This document shows, piece by piece, positions 10,966 to 21,576 of a DNA stretch of 64,000 nt (position 1 is its first letter; every line of letters starts with the position of its first letter). This DNA is from a virus. Below the pieces are notes generated by a model. It was not told where the DNA came from and did not search any database. It worked only from the letters and a program-made list of their open reading frames with translations. The translations under genes were made by a program, and so were the position numbers. The stretch covers positions 38,348 to 102,347 of IMG/VR virus record IMGVR_UViG_3300032304_000826; one strand, given 5' to 3'.

Positions 10966-11297
10966 TAGGCTGTGATCTCCGTTCCAAATACGCTTACGCT
11001 GAGGTTGTTATTTGCCCCATTGAGCGTTATTACATCCGCAGCATCCATAGTTATGCCAAAAGAAAGAACAGTGCTGTCATTTCTAGAGATCGGTACGTCA
11101 TAAGCAACATAGTGCTTGCTTTCTACTGTAGCCCCATTAGGACGAACAGATAATCTGAAAGTGGTGCCGTCTGTACCCCTATTAACTACCACAATGCTGC
11201 TAATAATAGCTGTGGTACTTGGGGGTACAGTGTAGACGTTAGTATCAACGCCAGCCGTGGATACGACTTGCCCTAATACTTTATATGTTGTTGGCAC
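10965..11297 (-). CDS. Small beta-rich virion protein
   Basis: MPTTYKVLGQ..YTVP..FGTEI pattern in the structural cluster. Confidence 0.6.
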   Translation of the reverse strand: MPTTYKVLGQVVSTAGVDTNVYTVPPSTTAIISSIVVVNRGTDGTTFRLSVRPNGATVESKHYVAYDVPISRNDSTVLSFGITMDAADVITLNGANNNLSVSVFGTEITA

Positions 11298-11326
11298 TGT
11301 GTTCCTTCCTAAACTTGATTATTTTA

Positions 11327-13180
11327 CTAAATTGTTCCGAATAAAAATGGGTGTAGCGTATCTATAGCTGGACCAGTAGGCCCAGTTACACCTGCAGGCC
11401 CTGTAGGGCCTGTTGTTCCCGCAGATCCAGTTGGTCCTGTTGGACCAGTAACTGAGGGGCCAGTTGGGCCGGTAGGTCCCGCAACTGTAGAAGCAGCTCC
11501 AGTAGGGCCTGCCTCACCTGCAGGTCCTGTTGATCCTCTAGCGCCAGTAGGTCCCGTTGGACCAGCTACTGTGCTAGCCGCACCAGTTGGTCCTGTAGGA
11601 CCTTCTGATCCTGCTGGACCTGTAGGGCCAGCTACGGTTGATGCTGCACCTGTTGCGCCTTGTGGTCCTGTGGGTCCTGTTGGACCGATATCAGAGTTAG
11701 CCCACTCAACCCAATATGAATCGTAGTAAACATAGTTTCGTGCATTGTTAGAGTTAAACCAAACATCTCCTGGATTTGGAGTAGAGGGTGCAGTTGCTCC
11801 CACATAAAAAATTCCTTGAGGACCAGTAGAGCCTGTAGGTCCTGTTGCTCCAACACTTCCAGTTGGTCCTGTTACACCTTGTGAACCAGTAGGACCCTGA
11901 ATATTTCCAACATTTGTCCAACTAGAAGTTGTTACTGACCAAACATAAAGTTCGCCATTTATTAAGTAACCTTGTCCTACAGAACCTGTTGGCTGAGCAG
12001 CTTGTAGTGCAGCCAGAGATGCGTAAGAACCAAGAATTGTAATTCCTGTTCCTTGTGGGCCAGTCGCACCAGTTGGACCAGTAACACCTTGAGGACCAGT
12101 AGGTCCAAGTAATCCTTGCGGACCAGTAGGTCCAGCCACTGTGCTTGCAGCACCTGTCGCACCGGTAGCACCAGTTGGTCCCGTAGCACCAACTGCACCG
12201 GTAGGGCCAGTTACATTAGATGCAGCGCCAGTTGGTCCGGTAGGTCCTGTTGCTCCAATTGGGCCAGTAGGTCCAGTTACTGTAGACGCAGCACCAGTGG
12301 CGCCCGTAGCTCCAGTGGCACCTGTTGGTCCAATTAATCCTGTAGATCCGGTGGGACCAGTTGATCCAGTAGGGCCCACATTTCCCTGAGCTCCAGTAGG
12401 TCCAGTTGAACCCGTTGGTCCCACGCTTCCTGTATTACCTGTAGGTCCAGTCGCTCCACTTAATCCTGTGCTTCCTGTAGGTCCTGTAGATCCGGTTGGA
12501 CCTTGGACTTGACCTACGTTATCCCAAGTAGCGCCTTCCCAAACATATAGTTGGCCGCCAATTAAATATGCATCACCTTTAACAGGATTTACTATTGCGC
12601 TTAACGCACCTACGTTAGCGAGTGTTCCCTGGATCTCTAGACCAGTTCCCATAGGGCCTGTAGGGCCTGTAGGACCCGCAACAGTCGATGCGGCTCCTGT
12701 AGGACCAGTTGCACCTGTAGGGCCTGTAAAACCCTGAATACCTTGATTACCTTGTGGGCCCGTAGGTCCAGCAACACCGGTAATACCTTGTGCACCTGTG
12801 GCACCAGTTGGTCCAAGAGGACCGGTATCTCCACGAGAACCTGTAGGGCCAGTAGATCCTATAGGGCCGGTAGCACCAGTAGGGCCAGGAACTGTAGAAG
12901 CTGCGCCAGTTGATCCAGTTGGGCCAGTAGCACCGGTTGCGCCTACTGCTCCGCCAGCTCCAGTTGGCCCAGTTGGGCCACGTACTGTAGATGCGGCTCC
13001 CGTAGGTCCGGTAGCTCCCGTAGGTCCGGTAGCACCATTTGTACCTGCAGCACCAGTAGGGCCGGTAGGTCCTGTTGCTCCTGGAGCTCCAGCTGGGCCG
13101 GATCCGCCAGTATTTTCTCCAATGATTACAACAGTTGTGTCATCTGGAGTGATTTCAATAATTTCAATTGGATCAGACAC
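11327..13180 (-). CDS. Long collagen triple-helix repeat protein
   Basis: Extensive Gly-X-Y repeats interrupted by small aromatic domains. Confidence 0.85.
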   Translation of the reverse strand: MSDPIEIIEITPDDTTVVIIGENTGGSGPAGAPGATGPTGPTGAAGTNGATGPTGATGPTGAASTVRGPTGPTGAGGAVGATGATGPTGSTGAASTVPGPTGATGPIGSTGPTGSRGDTGPLGPTGATGAQGITGVAGPTGPQGNQGIQGFTGPTGATGPTGAASTVAGPTGPTGPMGTGLEIQGTLANVGALSAIVNPVKGDAYLIGGQLYVWEGATWDNVGQVQGPTGSTGPTGSTGLSGATGPTGNTGSVGPTGSTGPTGAQGNVGPTGSTGPTGSTGLIGPTGATGATGATGAASTVTGPTGPIGATGPTGPTGAASNVTGPTGAVGATGPTGATGATGAASTVAGPTGPQGLLGPTGPQGVTGPTGATGPQGTGITILGSYASLAALQAAQPTGSVGQGYLINGELYVWSVTTSSWTNVGNIQGPTGSQGVTGPTGSVGATGPTGSTGPQGIFYVGATAPSTPNPGDVWFNSNNARNYVYYDSYWVEWANSDIGPTGPTGPQGATGAASTVAGPTGPAGSEGPTGPTGAASTVAGPTGPTGARGSTGPAGEAGPTGAASTVAGPTGPTGPSVTGPTGPTGSAGTTGPTGPAGVTGPTGPAIDTLHPFLFGTI

Positions 13181-14267
13181 TAAAATCTCCGCGAGTAGTG
13201 CTTACCTGACTTCTTGTAAAGACTTTGCCTTGCAAATAAGTTTTTTCAACTCCTAGGGATGTGGTCATTTGAATATCCCAATACGCAGTTTTTGGTAATC
13301 TAGCGGTCTCTTCTCCAGTTAAAGATAGAGTAAGTGTGTCTACCATTCCACCGGTTACTGAAGCAGACTTTGTAATAGTAAACGTTCCTACAATTACTGG
13401 CCCTACTTGATTTGCAGGGTACGTTGGGAATAAACGAATTTGAGAGAGTGGGGTAAGGGTAGAGATATTAGTGTTGAACTTAAGCTTGATAGCAAAGTCA
13501 TCTCCAGCATACATAGACAGATCTCTTGTAGGGACTGGACTTGGAGGAGTAGCATCCCCGTAATCTGGCATAGGTAGATAAACTCTTTGTGGCATAGACC
13601 CATCGTCGATTTCTTGTGGGCGATAAATAGGTACATAGCGATTAGTACGTCGGCTAATCTTGCGAAGTGTAAAGACCTCAATGCGGTGCATACCAAGACC
13701 AAGCAAAACGCACAGCTCTCGATACTGCTCTTTACGAGCAGTTACTATTTCCATAAGTTGTCTAAAACGTTCAGACCGCGGAATAGACACGCCGTCTGGT
13801 GAAATAATGTCAATGTCAAAAGCTGAGTCAGTAGCTAGGGTGTATAAAGCCATGCTGGCGGCTAATAGTACAAGTGGGTACTCATCAATAACTGGAAGTG
13901 AGGTTAGTGTCGCCCTACTACCATTGGTATCGGTTGTACTACGAGCATGCTCACTAAAGGCAGTATTTACGTAATATTGAATTTCTGTATCTGTAAAGTA
14001 CTTAAATGCGGTTCCTGAGATAGTTATTGTCGCATCTAGTGTTGGGGCGGAAGCTAGCTCTACCATCCCAGTAACTTCTTCAATTATTGCAGTAGAAGAT
14101 ACGTTAGTGCTTCCAACCCTAATTAATAAGGTTGTGCCCTTTACGGGGGCGTATGTAAGTTGAAAACGTTTATTAGAACCGTCTCCTGTAAAGGTCTCTA
14201 CGAAAGAACGACCCATGTCTCCGATTTCGGCACGAAGTCTATCTGAAAGAGCTGAAAGCGTTGCCAC
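13173..14267 (-). CDS. Putative head-tail connector/neck protein
   Basis: Follows capsid genes; LRAEIGD..FTDTEI adaptor-like pattern; C-terminal YWDIQMT beta domain. Confidence 0.55.
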   Translation of the reverse strand: MATLSALSDRLRAEIGDMGRSFVETFTGDGSNKRFQLTYAPVKGTTLLIRVGSTNVSSTAIIEEVTGMVELASAPTLDATITISGTAFKYFTDTEIQYYVNTAFSEHARSTTDTNGSRATLTSLPVIDEYPLVLLAASMALYTLATDSAFDIDIISPDGVSIPRSERFRQLMEIVTARKEQYRELCVLLGLGMHRIEVFTLRKISRRTNRYVPIYRPQEIDDGSMPQRVYLPMPDYGDATPPSPVPTRDLSMYAGDDFAIKLKFNTNISTLTPLSQIRLFPTYPANQVGPVIVGTFTITKSASVTGGMVDTLTLSLTGEETARLPKTAYWDIQMTTSLGVEKTYLQGKVFTRSQVSTTRGDFSV

Positions 14268-14339
14268 TAATCCTCCGACTTATCTGTAAATCTAATCATC
14301 CAAGCATTTTGAATGTTAGTCAGTGTAAACAATAAGAAG

Positions 14340-14375
14340 CCCACTCTGACAGGAGGGCGTTAGTCAGAGTGGGCA
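14340..14375 (-). terminator. Intrinsic terminator-like hairpin
   Basis: GCCCACTCTGAC/GTCAGAGTGGGC inverted repeat followed by TTCTTATT on the minus strand. Confidence 0.6.
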
Positions 14376-14388
14376 ACCTAGTGGAGGC

Positions 14389-14754
14389 TTAGAGCCTGTC
14401 GTAAAGGTAGCCCTTCTCCTGAAGGTGTTGAGCCACTGCCTTAGACACTTTGTACTTCTGACCGGATTTAAAAGAGTAATGATTACCCACACCGATAGTT
14501 ACAAAGTCCAAATCTTCCGCTACTCGAATAACTGTTGAGTCGTCAGCTGAGGTAACCCCAACATTTTCAACTTCATCAATAACAGTAGGTTCGCCCGGAA
14601 CTGTCAAATCGACAACTTCTGTCTCCATGCGTATTGCATCAACTGCAGTTGCGATGGACATCTCTTCTGATCTCTTTGCTAGAGCTTCAGCATTTTGCTT
14701 AATTAGCTCTTCGCGTTGACGTCCAGTGACGTCTGTTACTTTTGCTTTTGCCAC
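14389..14754 (-). CDS. Hypothetical virion-associated protein
   Basis: ORF with AGGAGA RBS directly after the capsid gene. Confidence 0.6.
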   Translation of the reverse strand: MAKAKVTDVTGRQREELIKQNAEALAKRSEEMSIATAVDAIRMETEVVDLTVPGEPTVIDEVENVGVTSADDSTVIRVAEDLDFVTIGVGNHYSFKSGQKYKVSKAVAQHLQEKGYLYDRL

Positions 14755-14820
14755 GATTATTATTCTCCTGTAAGTTTGTGTTGGGGGCGGATTTTAAGGC
14801 CCGCCCCCTAACGGGTTAAA

Positions 14821-15897
14821 TTAGTTGGTTTCTGCTAGAACTACAGACTGATCTGTGATTAGACCTAGGCCGTAGATTGCGTACCAAGCAAGCGCATGCT
14901 CACGACCGAAGTCAAGAATACCGCCATCGCGGAGCTCAACTGGTAGAGAGATTGCGTGACCGAATGCATTGTCACCAATAAAGATAGCTGTGTAGCGATC
15001 CTTATTACCGTTACCGGTCTTTGTGATTGGTGTAGTGTAACCTCCACCAGTTGGGTATGCAATGCTGCCAGCAGCAACTGCGGTGTCAGCAGAGTATCCT
15101 GAACCTGCACCGTTTGTTACCTTCTGGATCTGTGTGGTCTCGATAAATACTGTGTCGTATAGACGACCAATTTCACCAAGCATGAAGTTACCTGGAGCTG
15201 CGTACTTTGTTACTTCGATAAACTCTGGGTTGTCGCGAAGCTTACGGCTCTGGTGTGGGTGAATGAATGCAACATATGTCTCACCTAGGCGAGGAATGTT
15301 CTTTGTTGCAAGTGTTTCTACTGCGTCCTTGACAACACCTGTGGTGAGGTCAAATGCGCCAGTTAGAGATGCACGGTTAGTACCAGCGGTACCTGTTCCG
15401 TACCAGTCATTTGCAGCTGTAAGACCTGAGCGGTCGTAGCCGTAGATAACTGAAGATGCGGCCATGAGTGTGTCACGAGCCTGACCATCAAGGTATAGGG
15501 CCATGTTACGGCCGAGTAGACGTGAGGCTGAAGCCATTACGTCATCGAATGATGCGTTGAGTAGGAGTTCAGAAACAGCAATTGCATAACCGTGTTCAGC
15601 AACTGTGATTGAGAATTGCTGAGCTGTTAGTGCCTTAGTTTCCATACGAACGCCTTCAACAAGCGTACCGGCAAAGCCGAGGTTGTTGTAACGCATAAAG
15701 TTAATCTGAAGACCTGGTGCAACTCCTAGTTCTGTCTTCTTAACAGCGAACTGTTCGAAGCGAAGAATAGGCATTGACTGGAAAAGGATTTCCTTTGACC
15801 AGATGGTCTGAATTGCTTGTGTAAGCTGGCTGTTAGCGCCAGAATACGCTGTTGGGGCAGCGGCTAAATTGCCGGTACCAGTTACGGCTGATGCCAT
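14821..15897 (-). CDS. Major capsid protein (N4-gp56-like)
   Basis: 358 aa after scaffold; W.KEILF..P.LRF.QFA, YVAFIHP, GEIG, DFGR motifs; strong RBS. Confidence 0.9.
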   Translation of the reverse strand: MASAVTGTGNLAAAPTAYSGANSQLTQAIQTIWSKEILFQSMPILRFEQFAVKKTELGVAPGLQINFMRYNNLGFAGTLVEGVRMETKALTAQQFSITVAEHGYAIAVSELLLNASFDDVMASASRLLGRNMALYLDGQARDTLMAASSVIYGYDRSGLTAANDWYGTGTAGTNRASLTGAFDLTTGVVKDAVETLATKNIPRLGETYVAFIHPHQSRKLRDNPEFIEVTKYAAPGNFMLGEIGRLYDTVFIETTQIQKVTNGAGSGYSADTAVAAGSIAYPTGGGYTTPITKTGNGNKDRYTAIFIGDNAFGHAISLPVELRDGGILDFGREHALAWYAIYGLGLITDQSVVLAETN

Positions 15898-15953
15898 GTC
15901 GGTGTTACTCCTTAGTTAATTAATTAATTAATTGGTAGGTAATATCTTTAAAA

Positions 15954-16727
15954 CTATCCGAATATTCCCTTGCCACGATCAGTTGCTGCTTGTCCTAGCA
16001 ACTTACCGCGATATTTTGCGTATTCAGTAACCGACATAGCGGCAATTTGATCCGCTGTGAACTGTTGTTGATCCGAATTAGTGTCGAGGGGTCCGGTTGG
16101 CGGCGCGGTTACCCGGCTGCCTGTCATTTCTTTACGAGCAGACTGCATAGCCTGCTGTGCAGATTCAAGGATACGGGATGACCGATCCTTTAGTCCCGCG
16201 ATGCTTGCTTCAATTTCCTCGGCATTATTGCCTGAAACTAAATCAAGAAGTTCCGGGATTACGTTTTCTCGCTCTTCTTGTAGACGACGATTGCGGTAAT
16301 CAGTTACTTCTGCGTACTCGCGCTCGCGCTCCAAAAGTTTGAAGGCTCTTTCACGTTCTTGCGTTTCTGTCTCAAGACGCTCTGCCCATTCCTTCTCCTT
16401 TGATACAAGGAGTTGACGGACATCCATGTCTTCCTCAGCCTTCTTACGGGCTTCAGTTTCCTGTTCCGCACGAAGCTTCTCAGCTTCCGCCAGACGTTCT
16501 TCGCGCTCCTTCTTCAGAATGTTAAGTTCTTCTTTCAAAGAATCTATCTGAGGATAGAGTTTGGACTTCTCCTGCTCTCTAACCCGACGAAGATCTTCTT
16601 CGGAGTAGGACTTATCAGGAGTTTGAGACTGCATTGGTGTTACAAGAGCTTCTGTTGCTACTGGCACGTCTTGGAAGAATGCTTCCTTGGCTGCCGGTGT
16701 ATCAACAAGGTTTGCTGTTTCTGACAT
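15954..16727 (-). CDS. Capsid scaffolding protein
   Basis: Glu/Arg coiled coil between portal and capsid; C-terminal IAAMSVTEYAKYRGKL helix. Confidence 0.75.
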   Translation of the reverse strand: MSETANLVDTPAAKEAFFQDVPVATEALVTPMQSQTPDKSYSEEDLRRVREQEKSKLYPQIDSLKEELNILKKEREERLAEAEKLRAEQETEARKKAEEDMDVRQLLVSKEKEWAERLETETQERERAFKLLEREREYAEVTDYRNRRLQEERENVIPELLDLVSGNNAEEIEASIAGLKDRSSRILESAQQAMQSARKEMTGSRVTAPPTGPLDTNSDQQQFTADQIAAMSVTEYAKYRGKLLGQAATDRGKGIFG

Positions 16728-16835
16728 ATTTATTCCTTAGGTTTAAGAGGTCGTTGTCCGAATAAGTGCCACGATGACCTGCGGATATCGTTTGTAGTAG
16801 GTTGACAAATTTCTTAGGTTTTGTCAGCCTAAACT

Positions 16836-18545
16836 TTAGTTTTCCCCGTATTTCGAGTCTTCTTTACTTCCTCGACGTTGTGGGAGCTTAGTACCATATG
16901 CTTTTGTTACTAAGTCTGCTTGCATCTGCTCAATTGTTTGGGCCTCAAATGGAGTTACTATTCCTGGTTGGCCAGAAGGTCCAGGCCCAATGCCTGCTCC
17001 AGCCTCTTGTCCAGGAGCCATTTCCAGGCCCTGTCCTTCAGGTAGTAGTCCAGTGAGTGATGCAATAGCTGAGTTGATCTGTGACTTGATGAGGTTCAAA
17101 GCTCCATCGGCCTTGGCGTCTTCGATAAGCTCTGTACGAATTTCGTCTAGCTTCTCGTCTGGGAACTCTTCACCTAGGGTACGCAACGCACCTTCTCGGC
17201 TTTCCAAGTTCATGCTCATCTTTGTCTGGATTTCGTTCAAAAGAATTAGCTTGTCTAGTGGGAGAGGCTGTGGGAAGTGCACAGAGGTCTCATACGTTAA
17301 TGGATCATTAGGGTCGCATACCTGCAGTTGATCCGATTTAATTGGGCCGTTAAAGTCTGGGTTGTATACAAATAGCTCTGGTTCCTTAACTGCAAGGGTT
17401 AAAAGAACAAGTTCGTTAATTCGCTTTAAACCTTCGCTATATTGAACGATCTTTTGATTGTATCGGTTCATAAGCGGCTGGTATTGAATAGCCAATGCAA
17501 CACCTGAAGTGTTAGAAATTTGCTGTACTTGACCAAGTGCGGTTTCTGGAACACCAATCATTTCGTGCATAGATGTCTTAATGATCTTTAAGTACTCCAT
17601 AGCACCGACAAGGCCTTGTCCGCCACCTTCTAGGTTGAATACTTGAGCGTCTTTTGGTAGCCCGCCCCAGACCTTTTTAGGTCCCTTTTCTAGGGACGAG
17701 GCCTTAGCACCTGTAATAACAGTAACTGGTGCCGCATGGTAGTTAACAATATCTGAGATATCAGTAGCAATTTCGTTGTAGCTACGGTTTAAAACAATAA
17801 TGTCGTGGCCATCTGAAAGGCCCCATGGAGAACCAGAAACACGTACGTTAGGTATATGAATAACCGGAACAGTTCCTAGTGGGTTTGGCCGTGAATCAAT
17901 AAGCTCATCATTAATATATTCTTCAATACGGTCATCTGTAAGGATTTCAGTGTATGTGTATACCTGGCGTGTTCCTTCAAGGGAAGTACCCCAGAAACGA
18001 TACTTAAGCTTAAATCGTATTAAACGTGAGCGATCGTGTGGGTGAAACTCTGGAAAACAAAATGAAGAGTTAAGCGGAAGTACTCGCACACGTCCTGGAT
18101 GAGTACGGCCTACGCTATCTGTAAACGCTTCTTCATAGGCAACCTTTACGAAACAGTCTCCAGAAACGCCGCCTTGCTGGCCCATTTCCCACATAACGCC
18201 ATGCTTATCGTTATCTGTTTCCCACACTCTTTGTAGGATGTCGGGGATGATTGCTTCTGTTGCGTGAGGGCTACGGAATGAAGCTCCGCGACCAAAACTA
18301 AAATTTACTATGTAATCTGTGAAAGCTCTGTAATAGTTAAATACCATCTGTGCTTCGCCAATTTCACGGCGGTAAGCCCAATGGTGGCCAAGGTACATTG
18401 CCCAGTTAAGGGAGTATCTATTTAGGCGTGGACCATGAACTTCGAACTCTTCGTCAGCAAGTTCTACAAGTCCTAGTGGGGAAATGGAGATTGTTAAGTC
18501 GGATGAGGCTGCCCTGTAACTCGGTGGGCTAAAGTCAATACTCAC
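16836..18545 (-). CDS. Portal protein (SPP1 gp6-like)
   Basis: 569 aa; GDCFVKV, NPLGTVPVIHIPN..WGLSD, SNTSGVAL motifs; position. Confidence 0.85.
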   Translation of the reverse strand: MSIDFSPPSYRAASSDLTISISPLGLVELADEEFEVHGPRLNRYSLNWAMYLGHHWAYRREIGEAQMVFNYYRAFTDYIVNFSFGRGASFRSPHATEAIIPDILQRVWETDNDKHGVMWEMGQQGGVSGDCFVKVAYEEAFTDSVGRTHPGRVRVLPLNSSFCFPEFHPHDRSRLIRFKLKYRFWGTSLEGTRQVYTYTEILTDDRIEEYINDELIDSRPNPLGTVPVIHIPNVRVSGSPWGLSDGHDIIVLNRSYNEIATDISDIVNYHAAPVTVITGAKASSLEKGPKKVWGGLPKDAQVFNLEGGGQGLVGAMEYLKIIKTSMHEMIGVPETALGQVQQISNTSGVALAIQYQPLMNRYNQKIVQYSEGLKRINELVLLTLAVKEPELFVYNPDFNGPIKSDQLQVCDPNDPLTYETSVHFPQPLPLDKLILLNEIQTKMSMNLESREGALRTLGEEFPDEKLDEIRTELIEDAKADGALNLIKSQINSAIASLTGLLPEGQGLEMAPGQEAGAGIGPGPSGQPGIVTPFEAQTIEQMQADLVTKAYGTKLPQRRGSKEDSKYGEN

Positions 18546-18587
18546 TTGCCTTCACTCTCCATAAATCTACTTTGCCCTCTCATTTGA

Positions 18588-18857
18588 TTAAACTATGCCC
18601 CGCTCTTTTTTCTCTCTCTTAATCTTTGAAATTTTTGCTTTTTTCTTATCTTCTAATTCTTTTTTAGGATCTCGTAATTTTGGATCTACTTCGTTGATTG
18701 AGCTTACCCAATCGCCGCCTTGTCTAGAATATTCTTGACTAGCCCATTTGTTGGCTGCTCTGTTGGTACCAGCGCCTGGGCGCTTTGTTGGATACTTAGC
18801 TTTCGCTTGTCGCATCAAGCTATTCCATAGCTTTTGATTCGCTGCTACTCTAGCCAT
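18588..18857 (-). CDS. Small basic protein
   Basis: Lys/Arg-rich ORF with RBS. Confidence 0.6.
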   Translation of the reverse strand: MARVAANQKLWNSLMRQAKAKYPTKRPGAGTNRAANKWASQEYSRQGGDWVSSINEVDPKLRDPKKELEDKKKAKISKIKREKKERGIV

Positions 18858-18933
18858 TTATCTCCTAAATAATTACAGGTGCCCGGCTTCGGAGAAAGAG
18901 TACGAAGCCGGGTACCTATAAAGTATATCTTAT

Positions 18934-19338
18934 TTAGTCAGCAACAGCTGCAGGATTCATGCGTCCATAGCGTGATCCTGAGCGGAATACTTCCTCGATT
19001 TTGGTCTCTGCATAGTCGCTGAAAGTTCCTGTTGAGAACTCTCCAACATATGTAGGTGCCTCTACCCAAGCAGCAGATCCAACGTGAGCGCGAGCTCGCA
19101 TGGTCTCTTCTGGGTATTTTTCCATAACGTTGACGTTATGGTTTGGGCGACCAGCTGGTGTGTCATAACCTTGGTTAAGACCTAGCTGGAAGTCATTTGG
19201 AACGTCTGTATCAGTAGCTACGCCTTCTTCAAAACGAAGTGGACCACGAAGTCCTGCTTGTGCTGCTGACATTTTACGCTCATAGACTGCTCCCGTGCGC
19301 TCTGGGAACGATGGAACTGGCGCAATGTTTTCTGCCAT
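18934..19338 (-). CDS. Hypothetical protein
   Basis: ORF with AGGAGA RBS and upstream late-promoter motif. Confidence 0.65.
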   Translation of the reverse strand: MAENIAPVPSFPERTGAVYERKMSAAQAGLRGPLRFEEGVATDTDVPNDFQLGLNQGYDTPAGRPNHNVNVMEKYPEETMRARAHVGSAAWVEAPTYVGEFSTGTFSDYAETKIEEVFRSGSRYGRMNPAAVAD

Positions 19339-19422
19339 TTATATTTTCTCCTATAGGTTAAGGATCCTTAAGTAAGAGTTTGGTACTAATACTTATACTT
19401 TTCTGCCTAAACTCAAAAATCT

Positions 19423-21060
19423 TTACTTAAAGAAAGGGGATGCGCTTACCTCTACGGTAGGCATAACCATCTCTTGAGTTAAAGAACAAGCTAGGGCCAA
19501 TGCGTCCACAAAGTCGTCGTGAGCATGCGCCTCTTCAGGAGCCGCCACTAAGAAATTAGGACCCTTATATTGTACTTCCGCATCGGTCATTTGTTGGTAG
19601 AAACGCTTCCACATACGTAATCTTCTAGTTTTGGCGTGAGCTGGCCAAGATATCATCTGGCGTTGAATTAGGGCTTGAAGGTGCTTCCAACGCTTTGACT
19701 GCTCTGTAGGGCTAGAAAGGGATGAGATTACCTGCGCCCTAGGTAGCAAAATCCTTAATCTTTGGGCTACGGCATCGCCTACTCCGTTAGAGTCCACAGC
19801 AACAGCCATGACGTCATAATTACCTAAAAAGTTAACTATTTGAAAATACTGTTCTTCCCAGTCATCCCCCTGGATTTCCATCCAGTTTAAGATGCGGTGG
19901 TCGTAGTATCCAAACTCATCTGGACGATCCCAGTCAACCCATACAACTGTAACGACTGTTGAGTCCATTTTTCTAGCTGGGTCAATACCGACTACTACAG
20001 GAGATCTATGCCAGCTTTTGACAACTTCTTGGGAAGTATCGCCAAGGTCATCCATAACAGATGAGGTAACGAACATTCCACGTTCTAGTAGCCATTTGCA
20101 GTTATAGGAGAGCTGGAACTCGTCAGAGTCCTCTCCAATACGCAACATCTCTTTTCTAATGAACTTCTCGTAATTAGGGTTAAATTTAGCTACATCTTTC
20201 CAGTCCCATTGAAAATGGTTCTGTCTAGAGGATCTGCCTGTCTGCCTACGCTTGTTTAGTTGAATAGACCTATAAAAGTTATTCTTATGTGTAGTTGGTG
20301 TTCCTGTCTTAACCATAGTCGCGTTGTAGTACGCGCCCATAGGAGCAATAGACTTAGAGACGATAAAGTCATCTGCTTCTTGACATTCGTCAATAACCAT
20401 CAAATGAAAAGACTTAGACTCAATCTTTGCACGTGGGTTAGCTGTCATCATCATAAGAGATGATCCTGAGTTCTTTAATTTAATATTTCTTGTTACGCCG
20501 GGAGTTTTGACGGTCATGTCATCAATTTCAGCATCCCCTAGAACTTCTAGCGCACGTTCGCTTGTTAAGCGGGATACCGTTCTAGAAAACAAAGTTTCTG
20601 CCTGAGCTTGAATAGGGGCGAACATTCCCACCCATATACCGTCTGCAAACTTACTTAGTAGCTCTGGATACATTCTTGCTAGGCGAGGTAGCAGAACCAT
20701 TAAGGTAGCGACAGTATCGGCTACGGTCTCTGATTTACCTGACTGACGTGAGGCTAAAGCTGTTACCTCTTCGCCATCGTTAACAATTACCGACTCAATA
20801 ATGCGTCTAGCTAAAGGCTTTTGATATGGGTGCAGGTCATGGCCTACTAAGATAACCATAAAATCCATGATCTTATTTACAAGTAGATTAACAAACTCTT
20901 TAGATAACTCATCAAGCTCGTCCTCTTTATGAAGCTTTTCAAACTCTTCTACGTCGTCGTAATCGTAATCTTCATTGGGCGCATGGTCGACTTGATCTAG
21001 ATCTTCGAGTTCACTTTCTTCGTCATCCTCAAAGTCTTCAAAATCAAAATCTTCTTTCAT
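19423..21060 (-). CDS. Terminase large subunit
   Basis: Walker A SRQSGKS, Walker B MVIDECQ, GTP motif, nuclease GIDPAR and HDDFVDALALA. Confidence 0.92.
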   Translation of the reverse strand: MKEDFDFEDFEDDEESELEDLDQVDHAPNEDYDYDDVEEFEKLHKEDELDELSKEFVNLLVNKIMDFMVILVGHDLHPYQKPLARRIIESVIVNDGEEVTALASRQSGKSETVADTVATLMVLLPRLARMYPELLSKFADGIWVGMFAPIQAQAETLFSRTVSRLTSERALEVLGDAEIDDMTVKTPGVTRNIKLKNSGSSLMMMTANPRAKIESKSFHLMVIDECQEADDFIVSKSIAPMGAYYNATMVKTGTPTTHKNNFYRSIQLNKRRQTGRSSRQNHFQWDWKDVAKFNPNYEKFIRKEMLRIGEDSDEFQLSYNCKWLLERGMFVTSSVMDDLGDTSQEVVKSWHRSPVVVGIDPARKMDSTVVTVVWVDWDRPDEFGYYDHRILNWMEIQGDDWEEQYFQIVNFLGNYDVMAVAVDSNGVGDAVAQRLRILLPRAQVISSLSSPTEQSKRWKHLQALIQRQMISWPAHAKTRRLRMWKRFYQQMTDAEVQYKGPNFLVAAPEEAHAHDDFVDALALACSLTQEMVMPTVEVSASPFFK

Positions 21061-21284
21061 TGGGCCCTTTCACGTAAGGTATCGATTATCGCTTTAAGGG
21101 CTTCAATACCCACGTTTGCTTCTTCTAGATAGAAAGTGTCCCCACTTTTTTGCCAAGTGGCCAAGTTACGACTAACTGAATAAAGAGCGTTTTCTGACCA
21201 ACCTACTAGTTCAGCACTAGGTAAGCTAGCAACTCTCTTTTCAAGCTTTGTTTTCTCTCTTTGTTCTTTCTTCTTTTTGAACAT
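21057..21284 (-). CDS. Hypothetical protein
   Basis: Coupled ORF upstream of terminase. Confidence 0.5.
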   Translation of the reverse strand: MFKKKKEQREKTKLEKRVASLPSAELVGWSENALYSVSRNLATWQKSGDTFYLEEANVGIEALKAIIDTLRERAQ

Positions 21285-21576
21285 TTAGTTCGTTCTCCAA
21301 ATCCATAGACCTAATAAAATCCCAATCAACCTCATCCTTTTTCAAACCCCTACCATTTATAGCGTAGGTTAGTGCTTGATTTTCTGAGTAACCGGTTTCT
21401 TTCCAGTGCCCTATAACTATAGCTTTACAGGTAAAGGGTACCCTAATTGCTAACCCATGGCCTCTTCTGAATGGTGCGTCAATCTCCTGCGTATCTGCAG
21501 GTTCCCATAAACCTTTAGGCTTATATGGATAAGTAAGCTCGTGCCAGTAAAAATTACCGAAGTCTCGTGTTCTCAT
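21241..21576 (-). CDS. Hypothetical protein
   Basis: Coupled ORF. Confidence 0.5.
   Translation of the reverse strand: MRTRDFGNFYWHELTYPYKPKGLWEPADTQEIDAPFRRGHGLAIRVPFTCKAIVIGHWKETGYSENQALTYAINGRGLKKDEVDWDFIRSMDLENELNVQKEERTKRENKA

Noticed and set aside
11632-13256. Alternative-frame and antisense ORFs over collagen, Gly-rich and Pro-rich genes (also 2471-3100 and 25441-26183)
   Set aside because: Shadow ORFs caused by repetitive codons, without RBSs
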